This document shows, in pieces, positions 1-13,406 of a stretch of 64,000 nucleotides of DNA (its first letter is position 1; each line of letters begins with the position of its first letter). A model generated the notes under the pieces. That model had not been told where the DNA came from. It ran no database searches and saw only the letters and a program-made list of their open reading frames with translations. Location: contig CBFFRP010000406.1 of the NCBI GenBank assembly GCA_965644295.1, positions 1 through 64,000 on the forward strand, written 5' to 3'. This DNA is from Paraphysomonas bandaiensis. Lineage: Eukaryota > Protista > Chrysophyceae. The position numbers were made by a program, and so were the translations under genes.

Positions 1-354
1 TTATCTCAGGCATTCAATAGCTGGGAGGCGTCATAGTACAACACTCAATTGAGGGGGAGTGTTGAGATCTGAAGATTCTATATACTTGCAATTGAGTGCA
101 GTATTATGTGAGATGCAAGGATCGAAAGATATGTATGTAATTAGTACATTATATTGTGTAGTATGAAACTGAAGTAGAAGTGGGTGACTATACAGGATAC
201 GATCACTGAGTGTGTGGTTTGTACACTATAGTAGTAAATGAATGGTGTTGAACACATCGAACACAACTTAGGTTCTTTATCATGTAATGTTTATAATTTC
301 ATCTTATCAGTTGAGAATAGTAAACCTTAGCAAATAATGTCAACTTCTGTTACA
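1..354 (+). mobile_element. 3' end of an LTR retrotransposon (PPT plus 3' LTR), truncated by the window start
   Basis: Polypurine tract GAGGGGGAG (51-59) is immediately followed by TGTTG (60), a typical copia-like PPT/LTR junction. The probable LTR end is ...GTTACA at 354, where a different repeat begins. The partner LTR is outside the window. Confidence 0.55.
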
Positions 355-393
355 GAATACCACGAAAAGGTGCGAGTCTGACTATGTTGAGGG
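355..393 (-). repeat. Terminal fragment of the dispersed CCCTCA-ended repeat family
   Basis: ACCACGAAAAGGTGCGAGTCTGACTATGTTGAGGG matches 29692-29726 and the reverse complement of 19301-19330. Confidence 0.7.
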
Positions 394-807
394 ATTTTAG
401 GTTTCAGGTGGTTATCAGTTATCAGTAACAGTACCAGGGCCAGTCAACAAAATATACTGTTGTACTGTTACAGTACACAGTGTCGACAGTCGCCGTGAGT
501 CATAGGAGACCTTCTTTTGTGGAATATTTCATTTGAAAGGCATGTGAGCAATGGGATGGGAAGGACTTATTTTGCCGACTATATATGTGTGACCATCTAT
601 CGCACTGATCCTGCTCATTTTTCATGTAATATATCATACAGAACTAAACCAACGGCAGCTCTGTACGGAAACATGACAATCGATCAAAGATCAACAACAC
701 CAGGTCATAATTGTATCGAACAAATAGTAGGGAAATAGGTTACGAACAATGTTATTTATAATAAATGTGTTGGCAAATAGTTGAGCACACGCAGTGAGAG
801 CTAGCGA

Positions 808-2059
808 CTACGTTTCTTCAACTTCGTCTTCTCTGTGAACTAGGTACGACTCGTATAAATGCGGATAAAGAGTTGCAAAGTCATGAAGCGAGTGCGAACC
901 AAAGGATACCGTTTCGCCATGTGCCATGGTGAAAAATTGTTGGTTTGACACTCCAGAGGCGGCTCGTGCCCGAGCTAGCTCGAGCGCTGGCTCTGTGTTT
1001 TCTTCCTCAGTGAGCTTGAAGGTGCCCCAATGAATGCCCACAGATTGCTTAGCGCATAAATCCTGATGTATCTTCACAGCCTCTGTCGGGTCACAATGTA
1101 AGTCCTTCATGAACCATCTGGGTAGGTATGCACCAACTGGTATAGCGGCGAGATCGAATGGACCATACATTTCGCCTATCTGTTTGAATACAGAGCAGTA
1201 GGCAGTGTCACCCCCGAAGAAAAAACGTCCATTCTTAGCCAGTACCGCAAACGAACCCCATAGACAGGTTCCATTATCAAATAGTGACCTGCAAGTCCAA
1301 TGTTTGGCGGGTGTGAAGACTATTTCTATTGGCGAACTGCTCTCCATTGTGTCGTCGACAATATGTGACTCCCACCAGTCCAGCTCAACAACATTGTCTA
1401 TATTCAGTTTCCCTAGTAGCTCCTTCACACCTTTCGGTACAATCCACTTGGCCCTGTTGCCTATGCGCCGAGCTGAAGGATAGTCAAAGTGGTCATAGTG
1501 TGTGTGAGACAAGAGAACATAGTCTATCGCGATGTCCTCCAACGGTACTGGGGGACGGATATACCGATAGGGCCCAAATCGGTTAAAAGGGCATGCTCTA
1601 GCGCTCCACATTGGATCTGTAAGAAAGTGTTTACCTCCTAACTGAACATAGCACGAAGAGTGCCCCATCTGCGAAAGGCGTTACAACCAAGACATCGCAG
1701 TACAGGTGACTCACCCATGTAAAGTAACTATTACTCTCAGATGACACAGTTGGAATATCGGCGTCGACAATAGGAATCGGGGGAATGTCTAATGATTGGT
1801 GATATTTAACTTTTCTCCTAAAATTGGAGATCATGAGAGCCATTAAATCACCGATGCTCTTCTCTTTTCGTTTCCATGGGCCAAAATATCTGTTTAACAT
1901 GAATTTCGCCCTTGGCAATATGAGCTTCCGCCCCTTCGAATTCGACTGAAACTGCGAACGTAAATATATTGATTTTGTACTTTCACTTACAGTGCTTTCA
2001 TGGGCACGCAAGGAGTGGGCGTGCAGGCGAACAGATAGGATTCGGCGCTGTCCGAGCAT
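808..2059 (-). CDS. NAPEPLD: N-acyl-phosphatidylethanolamine-hydrolysing phospholipase D-like metallo-beta-lactamase (2 exons; intron 1669-1714)
   Basis: Splicing gives FTW|MGHSS. Motifs LTDPMWS, LSHTHYDHFD (HxHxDH), PAKHW, GGDTAY, PVGAYLPRWFM and GIHWGTF are present. The start codon is uncertain. Confidence 0.85.
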
Positions 2060-2729
2060 ACTTTAGGGCCCTATATGTGAGGAATCACGGCCCGTACACA
2101 CAGTTCCAAAACAGGTCAATTGCCCGGACTGTCATTCACTACCACACTGAATGACTTGTGCTCGATTATATATAGAGTTCGACAGTGACAGTAACCATGC
2201 AACCCTTTCACCTATAGAGCTCTCCACTCCTCCGCATACACACCAACACCCCACACTACACCCACCATACACACACATACACACACTCTGTGCTCTACAC
2301 ACTTCACATCACATCCACTTATACGTACACCCGCCTGTTGCTGTAGTAGAACACAACACACCAACACAACACACCACCACCCATTGGTGTATTTCGACGG
2401 TATTCTCACCTGTAGAGTATCTTTCAAGGGCCACTTCAAGCAGCTAGTATGGTATGTGCAGCGAACATGACTGTTGAGCAATAGATGTTTCATGGAGAAA
2501 GTTATGTCTCTAGCTGTAATGAAACATTCCAATCAACACGTGAAGCTGTTTTCTATCACTCTTGTTATAGAGAAGAATCTAAATATTTAACTGAAGAGTG
2601 AACAACATCATACAATCTTTAGGTTTGTGTGTTTTCGTAATTTGATTCATGAGTATTACGTTTCTACAAACGCAATTGATTTAACCTTTTATAGTAAGAG
2701 AAATTAGTTTTTACTAAGAGAAATTATAC

Positions 2730-2776
2730 TTAACCACGGGTTATAAGGAGGCTATATCGTCCTGCGCTCAAAATTG
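2730..2776 (+). repeat. One arm of the TTAA-bounded palindromic element
   Basis: TTAACCACGGGTTATAAGGAGGCTATATCGTCCTGCGCTCAAAATT closely matches the reverse complement of 56895-56940. Confidence 0.7.
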
Positions 2777-3972
2777 TAATTGATCCCCATGATGTTGAAA
2801 ACCTAATGTATTTGGAATGTATAGATATTTGTAGCTTGCATGCTGTTAGATTAAATAAGTGTTCCCTAAGAGATTAATATTAAGAGAATTTGAAAATGTT
2901 CGAAGTATTGTTTCCATCAATGAAATTGTGATTATACTAGATTATATCAAAACAATAAATCCTTGAATTTCTTTCAATAATAATATCAATACCACTAGAA
3001 CAGAAGGACACTGAAGAAATAATAGCATATAATGTACTTGATAATGAATGTAACAAACAAATAACTATAGTATCACGAGTCTTCTTGTTGTCATTGGCAT
3101 CCACATATATGTACAAGGTACAACCCCTACTGGTGCAACTGCCTCGAATGCTGTGTGTATGGTATGACGCACACAGTCCTCAAAGCATGATGTGACCCAA
3201 GTCTTGAAAGAACTGGATGCCACTGTTCCAAATCCCCATCAACATTATATTTGAAATTAGAACTCTCCAGTAAAATTCTTGAAGTTGTTGTGAAGACCTG
3301 TCCCCCTGAAGATATACCGCTTGCACTGACATTATTTTGATTTTCTATATGACAAAGGATGGAATATAGCTTAGAGTGTTTGATAATATGAGTTGAAAGT
3401 CGATTCATATTTGCGCTTTCCCCAAAATGTAGAACAGCCACATTCAAATAACTACCAAGGTCGTAAATAATATAGAAGACAACTCATTTTCTAGATAGAT
3501 ATAATACTATTTTGGCATACATAATTGTGTCATTTTGAATAAAACTCATCACCAATATAATTCTGATAGAAACCACTGTCGTAAATAGTCATGATGCTTC
3601 AGTTTCACAGCGCGCTATATAGCAATCCAAACTGTTACCACGTAATACCGTTTTAAGCATTGTGTTTAACGAATAGTACAGTTCCCAACAAGCTAACAAT
3701 ATCTCAAGAATTATGTCTCTAACCCTAATATATTCAAATTTTAAGTATTTCGAGTCTATTTCGAAAAAAGAGGTTCACATTTAAAATTATTAATGATGGG
3801 AGAAAGTGGAGTAGTTAACTACTTAAATACCACGAACAATGAATTAAATGGTGAATAGAGCCGTAGTATTTCCTAGTTGTATTATATATTAATTATCATA
3901 CGACTGTGGCATAAAAATACCTTTTGCATAACTGAAAAACAATTTCATCCACGTTAACATTCAATACTACAG

Positions 3973-4408
3973 CTACTTCTTCTTTCCCCTTCCTCGTCCG
4001 GCGGTGGTAGTTGATCCATCTCCAACTGTTTTCGCTCTCATAGCTTGAACCTTCTTAAATATTGGCGCACTTTTTAAAAGTTCTGGTACGACTATAAACT
4101 TAACCTGTCCCCCTCTAAGAAACACTTGTTCCAACCGAGATATACGACCGTTCTTTGCAGTCATTGTCACTAATAAAATAATAAGAACAGTCAATCTCGA
4201 ATCAATTTTATATACGCACCTTCAGTCAATCTACAATTCATTGTATCCTCAGACTCCTCAAGCATTCCCCTGTAAGTTTCACCTGTCTTGAGTTCTACTG
4301 TAACGACATGTCCTTCGGCCTCATGAAGAAGTTTAATAGGAACTCCAACAGCTGAAATAATAATTAAACAATTTTCAATGGAAAATAGTGCTTACTCTTT
4401 GCGGACAT
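3973..4408 (-). CDS. SNRPD3: Small nuclear ribonucleoprotein Sm D3 (3 exons)
   Basis: Spliced product [44 protein letters not shown]...[28 protein letters not shown]...GRGRGKKK has Sm1/Sm2 motifs and an RG tail. Confidence 0.95.
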
Positions 4409-4530
4409 TATAGAATATACGCGAATCAGGCCACTGTCTCTATTCTAATTAGACTGGTGACAATAATCCAACCTACACAGGCAAGCACCAAAGACAATTA
4501 CTTCTGACTACTGTCGGTACACATGCATAA

Positions 4531-4659
4531 ATACATACATACATACATACATACATACATACATACATACATACATACATACATACATACATACATACAT
4601 ACATACATACATACATACATACATACATACATACATACATACATACATACATACATACA

Positions 4660-4691
<32 letters not shown>

Positions 4692-5092
4692 CATACATAC
4701 ATACATACATACATACATACATACATACATACATACATACATACATACATACATACATACATACATACATACATACATACATACATACATACATACATAC
4801 ATACATACATACATACATACATACGTACATACATACATACATACATACATACATACATACATACATACATACATACATACATACATACATACATACATAC
4901 ATACATACATACATACATACATACATACATACATACATACATACATACATACATACATACATACATACATACATACATACATACATACATACATACATAC
5001 ATACATACATACATACATACATACATACATACATACATACATACATACATACATACATACATACATACATACATACATACATACATACATAC
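4531..5092. repeat. (ATAC)n tetranucleotide microsatellite, about 560 bp
   Basis: Near-perfect tandem array with two interruptions (near 4688 and 4825), between divergently transcribed genes. Confidence 0.99.
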
Positions 5093-5289
5093 GCTTCGTG
5101 TAGGATACAATACTACCTGTATACATGGTATACTCTGCCTTCTTCTTGTTTGCGCAATTTTTGTGGCAGTGTGTGTCAGTTCTGCCTATTCCGAGAGTGT
5201 CCAGCGGTTGGGCAAAGATATGTGGCGCAGTCAACAACATGTCACCACAATAACATCACGCCAACATACGGTGTCACATTAAATTTGTA

Positions 5290-5760
5290 ATGGAGTTTGT
5301 ACAGAAGCTAGGCCGAAGGGCTAAAATCCAAGCGTTGAAGTCTGAGAAAGAGGAGCTGAAGTTAAAGTACGAGGAACTTAAGCACCAACATAAGGTTTAC
5401 ATGGCTCTTAAGGGCGACAGAGCTGACATTCAGAAGGTTATTATGGCAAATTCAGTTGCTATTTCTTTGTACGAGGATAAGATCAACAACCCTACACCAG
5501 CAGCTCCCACAGTACAGCTACGCTACAATACTGAAGTGTTGGATACGATTAAACACTGCAAAGATAACTTGACAAATATCTTAGCGAGTATATCACGTGC
5601 TTCTGGAGAAATTACGGAGGAAGTATTAGCGAAAGTTTGTATGCACGTATCGTAATTTACGGAATAGTAATTTTATTCTCAGGAAACACAGGAGTTCCAC
5701 AAGAGCAAAGACAAAATCAAAGCAAAAATTGATAACCTCAAGGAAAAACTTAACAACTGA
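5290..5760 (+). CDS. Small coiled-coil protein of unknown function (intron 5635-5682)
   Basis: ATG-initiated K/E/L-rich helical ORF. A GT-AG intron joins it in frame to ETQEFHKSKDKIKAKIDNLKEKLNN*. Confidence 0.65.
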
Positions 5761-6345
5761 AAATATTGCTGAATATTGAGTTTTTTTTAATACTTTGCGC
5801 AGCATCTAATGTTGATTATGTTGTTGCTAAAATAATTCGATAAGGTTTTCGTAAGATTCCAATGGGCATATGATTACGATCTTATTCTGGGTTCTGGCTA
5901 AGAGAGGTCATAAACTATAAATATATACTCATTGTAATCAACAGTTCGAAACACATAATGTATGTTATACTTTTGTTTCACGAAATAAATCTACGACGTT
6001 CTGATAAATATTATCAAACACAATGATAGACCTCCAGTTGAGCAGTGGGCCCTTCATATACTGACTACAAAAGATGTCCACTGCGATAAATGCATAGTAT
6101 CCAGATATATATGTATACAAAATGACATTTTTTCTAATTCTTATGGTTTTAAAAATCTCTTCTACTCTTGCCAAACGCGTAACAGACAATGTATTGGTCG
6201 GATAAGAAACATCAACATAGAATAGAAAGTAAGAAATGTAATTTCCCATTAATTAACACGGGACGCTGTCAAATCAACAACAAGTACTACAACTTCTACT
6301 ATCCCAAGTGCGGGCCCGCTTCCAGTGCATTACAATAGAATTACA

Positions 6346-8167
6346 CTAGCATAACTCTCTGTTTGAGAACTTCACCTCATCAAACTGCGAAACAAAATAG
6401 CGTGCATTAGCCGACGCACAGTATTTATGATTCGACTTATCACTTACATATCTCGCTACGACAACGCGATCTGCAAATTTCCTTCCTCTGAGCGCGAGAG
6501 CGGCCTTCTTCGCAGACTCTGCATCCCTGAATTCAACGAACACACTTCCTTCCGCAGCCTTGGGGAATCTGTCACACTCACGTGGTATTACCACTTGCAT
6601 AACAGCCCCGTATTGTGAGCATTCCTCCTGGACGTCCTCAAGGATATCGCGGTACTCGGAATCGATCTGCAGCTCATGCGCCTCCACCATATTTTCCAGA
6701 ACCAACACCTGCGAAAACATTACGCATGTATGGTAGTGAGTGGAAGAGCTCACCCTGGTTGGAGTCTCATTAGAAATATCCATATGTTGTTGATAGTGTT
6801 GCTGTGAAGTTATGGCGAGGGGACCACCAGTACCAGCCCCTGCCCCAGGCCCGTATATGCTGGCAATAGTGGCAGCAGAGGCGGAAGAAGGCAGCGTTGG
6901 AGTCGTATGCTGTGTGGCTACTCTCACTGTTAATGTCTTATCACGAATAGAAAGATTGTTCAGCCCAATGCAGGCCACGTTTGTATTTGCAGGGTCCATG
7001 TATTCGCAGAAGGCGTAACCCTTGGAGATGTTGGACCCCGCCTCCTTCACCAAATGAAACGACTTCAGTGGACCAAATGCTCTCAAGAGTTCTTTAATAT
7101 CATCTTCACCCAAATCATAGGGAAGGCCACCCACAAACACCTACAAAGTGTTAGAGAAAGAAGGACACAGTGGGTATACATCAGTATCCTTTACCTTGTT
7201 GGGCCCATCAGCCACAGTGGTGCTAACGATTCCAAGGGCGCTCAGGTCGAGCTGTGGAGTGGGGCCGAGGTGCTTGGGCATCATATCAGGTCGGTAATCG
7301 TTAGGACGGCGGATTCTCAGAGTGTTTCCATTGTACTGCAACCCATCAAGTTGGCAGCAGGCAGTAGTAAGCTCTATGGAAGTCAACTCCACAAAGGCGA
7401 AGCACTTCTCGCGGTTGATGTATACACTCACAACCGGGTCTCGTCCATCTGAGTCAGCTGGGGAGAGAGCACGTTTGATTACATCTCGGAAAAAAACTGA
7501 TATCTCTGCCTCGTTGACCGTGGCAGGAACGCCTCCGACGTAGAGACGTCTCGCGTGTCTGGTTTGCTGCATACTCACACCCAAGCCACCCTCCATAGGT
7601 ATTCCAGGATTGGCCCCCACTCCTCCGATTGGGGGAAGCTCTCCTCCTTCAGGAGGTTTAACATCGAAGTTTGATGGCTTGTTTTTTCTTCTTGAAACCC
7701 ATTTCTTCGGCTGCTCAACTGGAGATGGGGACCGATCGCGGCCCATCTGTCTACTTGTCTCACCGTGGCCTCTCCTGCTACTGCTTCTGTCCCTGTCACG
7801 AGAGCTTCCCCGTCGCCTGGAAGAACGATCACGCGATCGTGATCTGTGCCTCCCTGATTCCCGAGATCTGCGTATATTATATTTTAACCGCACAAGATAA
7901 TTCGCATCGTCTACCAAACCTTGATCGATTCCTGCTACTCCTATGTCTACTTGACCCCGATTTACTTCGCGATCGTTCTCTGCGGTCACTTTTACGGGAA
8001 GACCTGCTAGATCGTTCATAATTCGCATCTGCATAGCGACTATCATAGCCATTCGACTGCTCGCCGGCAGCAGGAGCTGTGGCCGCACTATCCTGAGGAG
8101 GCGGGATCGCATTATTTTCAGCCGTCATCCATGCCGGCATGGTCATCTCTCTTCCCCTACCAGCCAT
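6346..8167 (-). CDS. U2AF2: Splicing factor U2AF large subunit (multi-exon)
   Basis: N-terminal RS domain, RRM1 (TRHARRLYVGG...FAFVE...LRIRRPNDY), RRM2 (FVGGLPY...SKGYAFCEY) and a C-terminal UHM (VLVLENMV...DVQEECSQYG...GRKFADRVV). Canonical short introns. Confidence 0.95.
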
Positions 8168-8635
8168 TGCGAAGTGTTTGTTGAAGTAGTTATAGCAATG
8201 GATGAGTACGAGTTGTTTTAGTCTTGCAAGATGCCGTGCTCGAACTCATATACATATAGTGCTGCGCTGGTTCAGAGTGCATACATATACAGTGCATACA
8301 TATACAGTATATACCATACACAGTGAAGTTCGATACACACCCAATACGACAAGCAAATACAGAAACAGTATACTGCTGAGTCACTACGACAACAGTGAGT
8401 ACAGCAGTTGTTATGTACAGCAATACTGGAATACGAATACACCGATCGTAGTATGCCATACCATGGATACAGTATAGGATTCCTAGCTGCTGTATATGTT
8501 CTCGCGTACATGATTGTATTCTACCGGTGCATCCACACTGCACAGCAATTACATGCATTATATGTTGGAACAAACAACAGACATACTGCACTACACACAC
8601 ATTACCCTCTCAGTGAACAGCCCTCGCAACTAACC

Positions 8636-9302
8636 ATGCCTCCTCCTTTACCCCCTAAGCCCCTTGGAATCAACCTAGGGTCCCCAGCATCACCTGTGAA
8701 GGTGGATGTGTTCATCGACCCCTGCTGTCCATTCTCCAAGAAGATATTCAAACAGCTGATGGACGTTCACTCATGGGCCGAACAAACAGATCCCTCTGCT
8801 CTCAACGTGTGTATTTATCTTTGCCCTCAACCGTGGCATCCTCAAAGTCCAGTGCTGGTGGAGAGTGCGCTGGCTGTGCAGATGATTGACGAGACCAGAG
8901 TCGTTCCTTACCTTGACAAGTATGTTCCGTACAATGATATAGTTACTTACGAACTAACTATAAATTATACATTTTAGATTGTTTGATGTGGTAGAGAATT
9001 TCTATGATATTGTGGCATACACAAAATCAAGAGCCGAGCTTCACCGCGACCTGGCTGAAATAGCCGCGGGCTTCGTTCCGGCGGAAGCATTTCAACAGTT
9101 ACTGGCTTATAAAGAAGTAGAAGGAACAAGGAATAATGGGAATGAAACAACTCAGATGATGAAGTGGCTTGTGAAATACCACCGTTCATGTGGAGTTCAT
9201 GTTACCCCTACTTGCTTTGTGAACAATATTGAGGCGTCACAGATCAGCAGTGGCTGGAGCCTATCCCAGTGGCAAGAGTTTCTAACACCAATGTTCGCTT
9301 AG
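8636..9302 (+). CDS. Thioredoxin-fold/DsbA-like protein (intron about 8920-8977)
   Basis: VDVFIDPCCPFSKK (CxxS-type), PQPWHPQS and a cis-Pro loop GVHVTPTCFVNN. Confidence 0.75.
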
Positions 9303-10962
9303 TGTTAACAACTACAACTCGCTATCAAATGGGCGTTTGTGCAGGGGTTTAACTTAAAATTGTGCTGTTCCTATCTTAATGACTTTGTGCTTCGATATAA
9401 TCGCTTGTATTGTTTCCCACCTATTGTGGCACAAAGCGAATAATCCCGAAGAAATTAAACTAGATAAATTGTGAACGGAGATAAACTAAATGATGATAAG
9501 GTTCCCTACTTGGTAAACAAACGTCTAAACTCTTTCTGTAGGACAACGCAATAATATCTCTACTAGGGAGTATAATTAGGGTGCTGGTAATACAGAGGTG
9601 AAAACGATGTGTACATTTTTGATAGAACAGAGCTTAGATTTCACCATAGAAAATAGATTGATTGACGATGCAATGCAAAGCAAATTGTGAGTTGTTGTGA
9701 GCGGTTCAGCAAAAAAACAATAGTATCGTGCACCCGAAATCGGGTAACTATAGAAGTAGAACGTCAAACAGTAAGTAACAGTTGCATTGTCGAACTTGAA
9801 TACAGACTGTGCACTAGGTACACATCAAATATAGTGCATGAGCACTATAAATAGACTTAAAATTAACATTTCGATTTCTTACAAGACTTTGACGGCATTA
9901 GCTGAGCTATTTAGCTAGGTATTCTAGATTCATGTATAACATGTTCGACATCATTCGTACAACAAAAGAAAGACGAATTAAAGTTTACCCATTCACAAGA
10001 CCAGATTCACATATATCAAAAATATCTCCACGACCCCCCACAATTATCTTCTTGGCTCCGTAATCGACGCCCACGGGTTCTCAAACCTCTTGCCATCAAT
10101 AGAAGCTAGTGAAAGCTGCAACGTTTTGAAACTCTCTACACCCTAACATTCTCTTGACCCACCAATTCTGGGATTATAAGCAAGTACCAGCTTACCGTGT
10201 TAATAAGCTTCCCATCAGTACTATATATCATTGCATGTCCCGCCTCATTTCATTGTACTGGAGTGATATGGATTTCATATCATTGCATGCTCCCTGTATA
10301 ATTAGCACGCTCTACTGGTATTCCACATCGCGCTTGTACACTAGCTCCTCTGCTTCCCGTGTACAGGACAAGTTGCTGCAGTAAGTGTTTCATATTTATA
10401 TGAGAGGCCAGCAGTAAGATCACGTATGAACGTAACAGATCAGCATCACAGAACAATGCAGGAAGTTTCGTGTGGATATATGCATATTCACACACTTCTA
10501 TAGCTCTACAGACAACACTTCGTACGAAGTTATAGTGGTATGTATACAGGTACAGTGGAGGAGATATACAGTGTACCGCAGTTGCATACCATACTACGAC
10601 GTAGTAGCGTACATCATAGTTGGTTGTGTGTGTGGTATGTATATGTATGTAGGTGTGTACAGCAGTAAGTATGCGTATATACGTATATACATATACTCTG
10701 CTCTGTGCCTGCCTGTGTGTATAGTGTATGAGTTTCTTAAATAGAGGTGGATCAAGACACTAATTACCCCATTGGTCACCCGTGTGTCCACCTCATCGAT
10801 TAGTCGTGTGGATTATAACGATCCTGCTCTATGTCACAGGGGCGGTCTGCTTGTGTCTGATATAGTAATCCTATAGATCTCTAGGCCTGTAGCTATACAT
10901 ATATATATACATCTATCTACTTATACAACACACACGTAGACACATATATCTCAGTATATAGG

Positions 10963-13406
10963 ATGAGCATGATAGGTAACTCGTATCGACCCGCTCTGTT
11001 GTTGTGTGTGAGGTGTCTGCAGGCGTCGTCGTGAAGACTATGAATAATGGCGTGTACAATTTTAGTGTTCCTTTTAATATGAATGTTCATGAGCTCAAGA
11101 GCATGGTCAAGGTGTGTGCATGCCTCCTGTCTGGATATAGTCATATCTGTCTGCTACTTCTTTATGAGTATTGTATTTCACTGCTTGTTTAGGAGTCCAC
11201 CTCCATATCTGAAGATCGGCAGCGCCTAATCTATAGAGGTCGTGTTCTTGACGATAGTAATTCTCTTGACGATTACAAGATTGAAGACGGGCAAACGATA
11301 CACATGGTTGCCAAACCTGCAGATTACGAAGAGCTACAGAGTCGGATTGCAAGCCAGGAGACATCTCTTGGTACTAATTTGTCCGAAGAAAGTCTTGAGA
11401 TGCACTCTGTGAGAAATTCTTTACAATCACTTCTCGCCCTCTCATCCCTTGCTGGAGGTGGTCTACCGGCGCAGCTTGCCACCAGACGCCCCCCTGTTGC
11501 GGTACATCCCGAACCTGGTTCCATGGAAATGATTCGGCAGGGGCTTCTCACTATGCACACACTTCTTTCCACACAGGAGGGAGGTTCGAGTGTTGGTAGA
11601 AGGTTCTTCGTAAGTCAGTGGGTTGATGTAAAGGACACTGTGAATCAGTGGCTGGAGGCAACCGTAATGGAAGTGGACGATGAGCAAGAGAGAATATTTG
11701 TCCACTACAATGGGTGGTTAGTTGATGGACGTGTAAGTACGTGTGTATGACCACTTTTCTCATGGTAGGCCCACACGATGGGATGAGTGGCTACCTGCAT
11801 CCTCTCCCCGTGTAGCACCCTTCAGAACGCGAACTACAAACGTTACCATACATAGTAGCTCTCCCGCACCGACCAATACAGTCGCTCATGCCCCCCCTAC
11901 TGGCGCTGACGATCTGCGATTTCTTCTACCGGAGGTCTGCAGAGCAGTGAATATGCTTCAGCCGGCTTTGCAGGAAGCGTCAAGGCTCTGTCGCGAGGTA
12001 TGATGCCTGCTTTGTCTGTACTTGACTTGTCATTTTAAAATGCCACAGAGCACTGCAGGTCGATCAGTGGAAACCCCACTGGGAAGCGGGGAGGAGGAGT
12101 TCGCACGTGGAATGCCATGGGGAGAGGGAGAAGAAACAACAAGCCGGTCTCAGTGGCAAAGGGCGGGGAGAAGTTCACATAGGGGAGATCAGGGACCTGG
12201 ATGCGAAGAGAGACTCAGAGGCGCTGTAGGAGACCTGTGCCCACTACTGGACCGTCTAGGCCGAGCCCTTACAGATACCGCTGCACATATGTACCGTGTC
12301 TCAGGATCTCACAACTCGGAAACTCGTGGAGAAGAGGAGTCACCCCAGGAGCAACTTCAGGAAGAGACTAACAGCACGATGTTGTTAGGAACTACACAAG
12401 GATTAAGACGCAGGTACAGTCGATGCCTTTTTCAGCGCCTAGGTTGAGTTTAATGTTGTGTGCACTTTTGTTGCAGGTCTCCATCACCTCCACCGGAGTC
12501 TCATTACCGTCTCCCTGTCTCCCAGCCAACGAGAGCTGCCCCGGGCTCTCTGCTTGGGGCTGGTAACCATATTGACATTCACATTCACGCCATTCTTACC
12601 CCTCTCAGGTGCTTTTTATCCGTTATTTTCATAGTGGCTGTAGATTAATATAGTTTTTGTTTGTACAGAGCGGGAGCCGGGCAACAGGATGGCTCATCAG
12701 CAACAGAAAGGATTGGCGATTCGACTTCCACTACAGTTGATAGGGCAGAAAGCACACCAGTTGAAATGGCGCATCCTGATTCTCATCCTGCTGAAGCGTT
12801 TGAGGAAGAGAACAGACATAATATGGTTGAAATGAGTGATGCCGATGAGCACGATTCAGTTGCGCGCACGAGTCCCCTGACTGTTTCCAGTGGTACCGGA
12901 CGAGAACCTAGATTGCCTGCGCCGCCGAGATACTCTCCCCCCGATGTGGAAGTTTGTGCCCCGAATCCTACCCCATCTGATAGGAGAACCTGGAGACCAG
13001 AGAGTGCGCGCCCTGTTCCTGCCCCAGCCTCATCTATGCGAGGAACGGGAGCAGTAATGTCGAGTCGAGGCGGTCAGGCACACTTTCGCCAACCAAATTC
13101 TAGGGGTATCTCAGGTGGTAACAGACGGCCAAGGGGCGAAGAATCCAGAAGGCGTAGTTCTGTCAACAGAGAAGACTTCGTTCGACGTCGCCCTCCTTCT
13201 GGTCATGATGTAGTAGCGGAATCAAATATCCCAAGGGAGGAACAGCCGACAGAGCACTCTTTCATACGGCGAGTACGAAGGTGAAATGCTGAAATATAAT
13301 GTTATATGGGTTACATACATTGTTGTGAAGGTGGTCATTGTCTCTTCGCCAGCAGAGTAACTCACCGCAGAGGCATGGACGAGATTTGAATGAAACACAG
13401 GGGTAG
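10963..13406 (+). CDS. Ubiquitin-like-domain protein with a chromo-barrel/Tudor-like domain and BAG6-like segments (multi-exon)
   Basis: Spliced UBL: VVVKTM...RQRLIYRGRVLDDSNSLDDYKIEDGQTIHMV. Then QWVDVKDTVNQWLEATV...FVHYNGW|PTRWDEWL...R.APF, a segment LLDRLGRALTD and IDIHIHAI, and a disordered tail. Confidence 0.7.

Noticed and set aside
4473-5290. Long MYVC/YIHT-repeat ORFs (also 22792-23082 and 26664-27246)
   Set aside because: Artefacts of a stopless tetranucleotide repeat that is open in all frames.
3973-8167. Functional clustering of two splicing genes (SmD3 and U2AF2)
   Set aside because: Two genes separated by an unrelated gene are compatible with chance.
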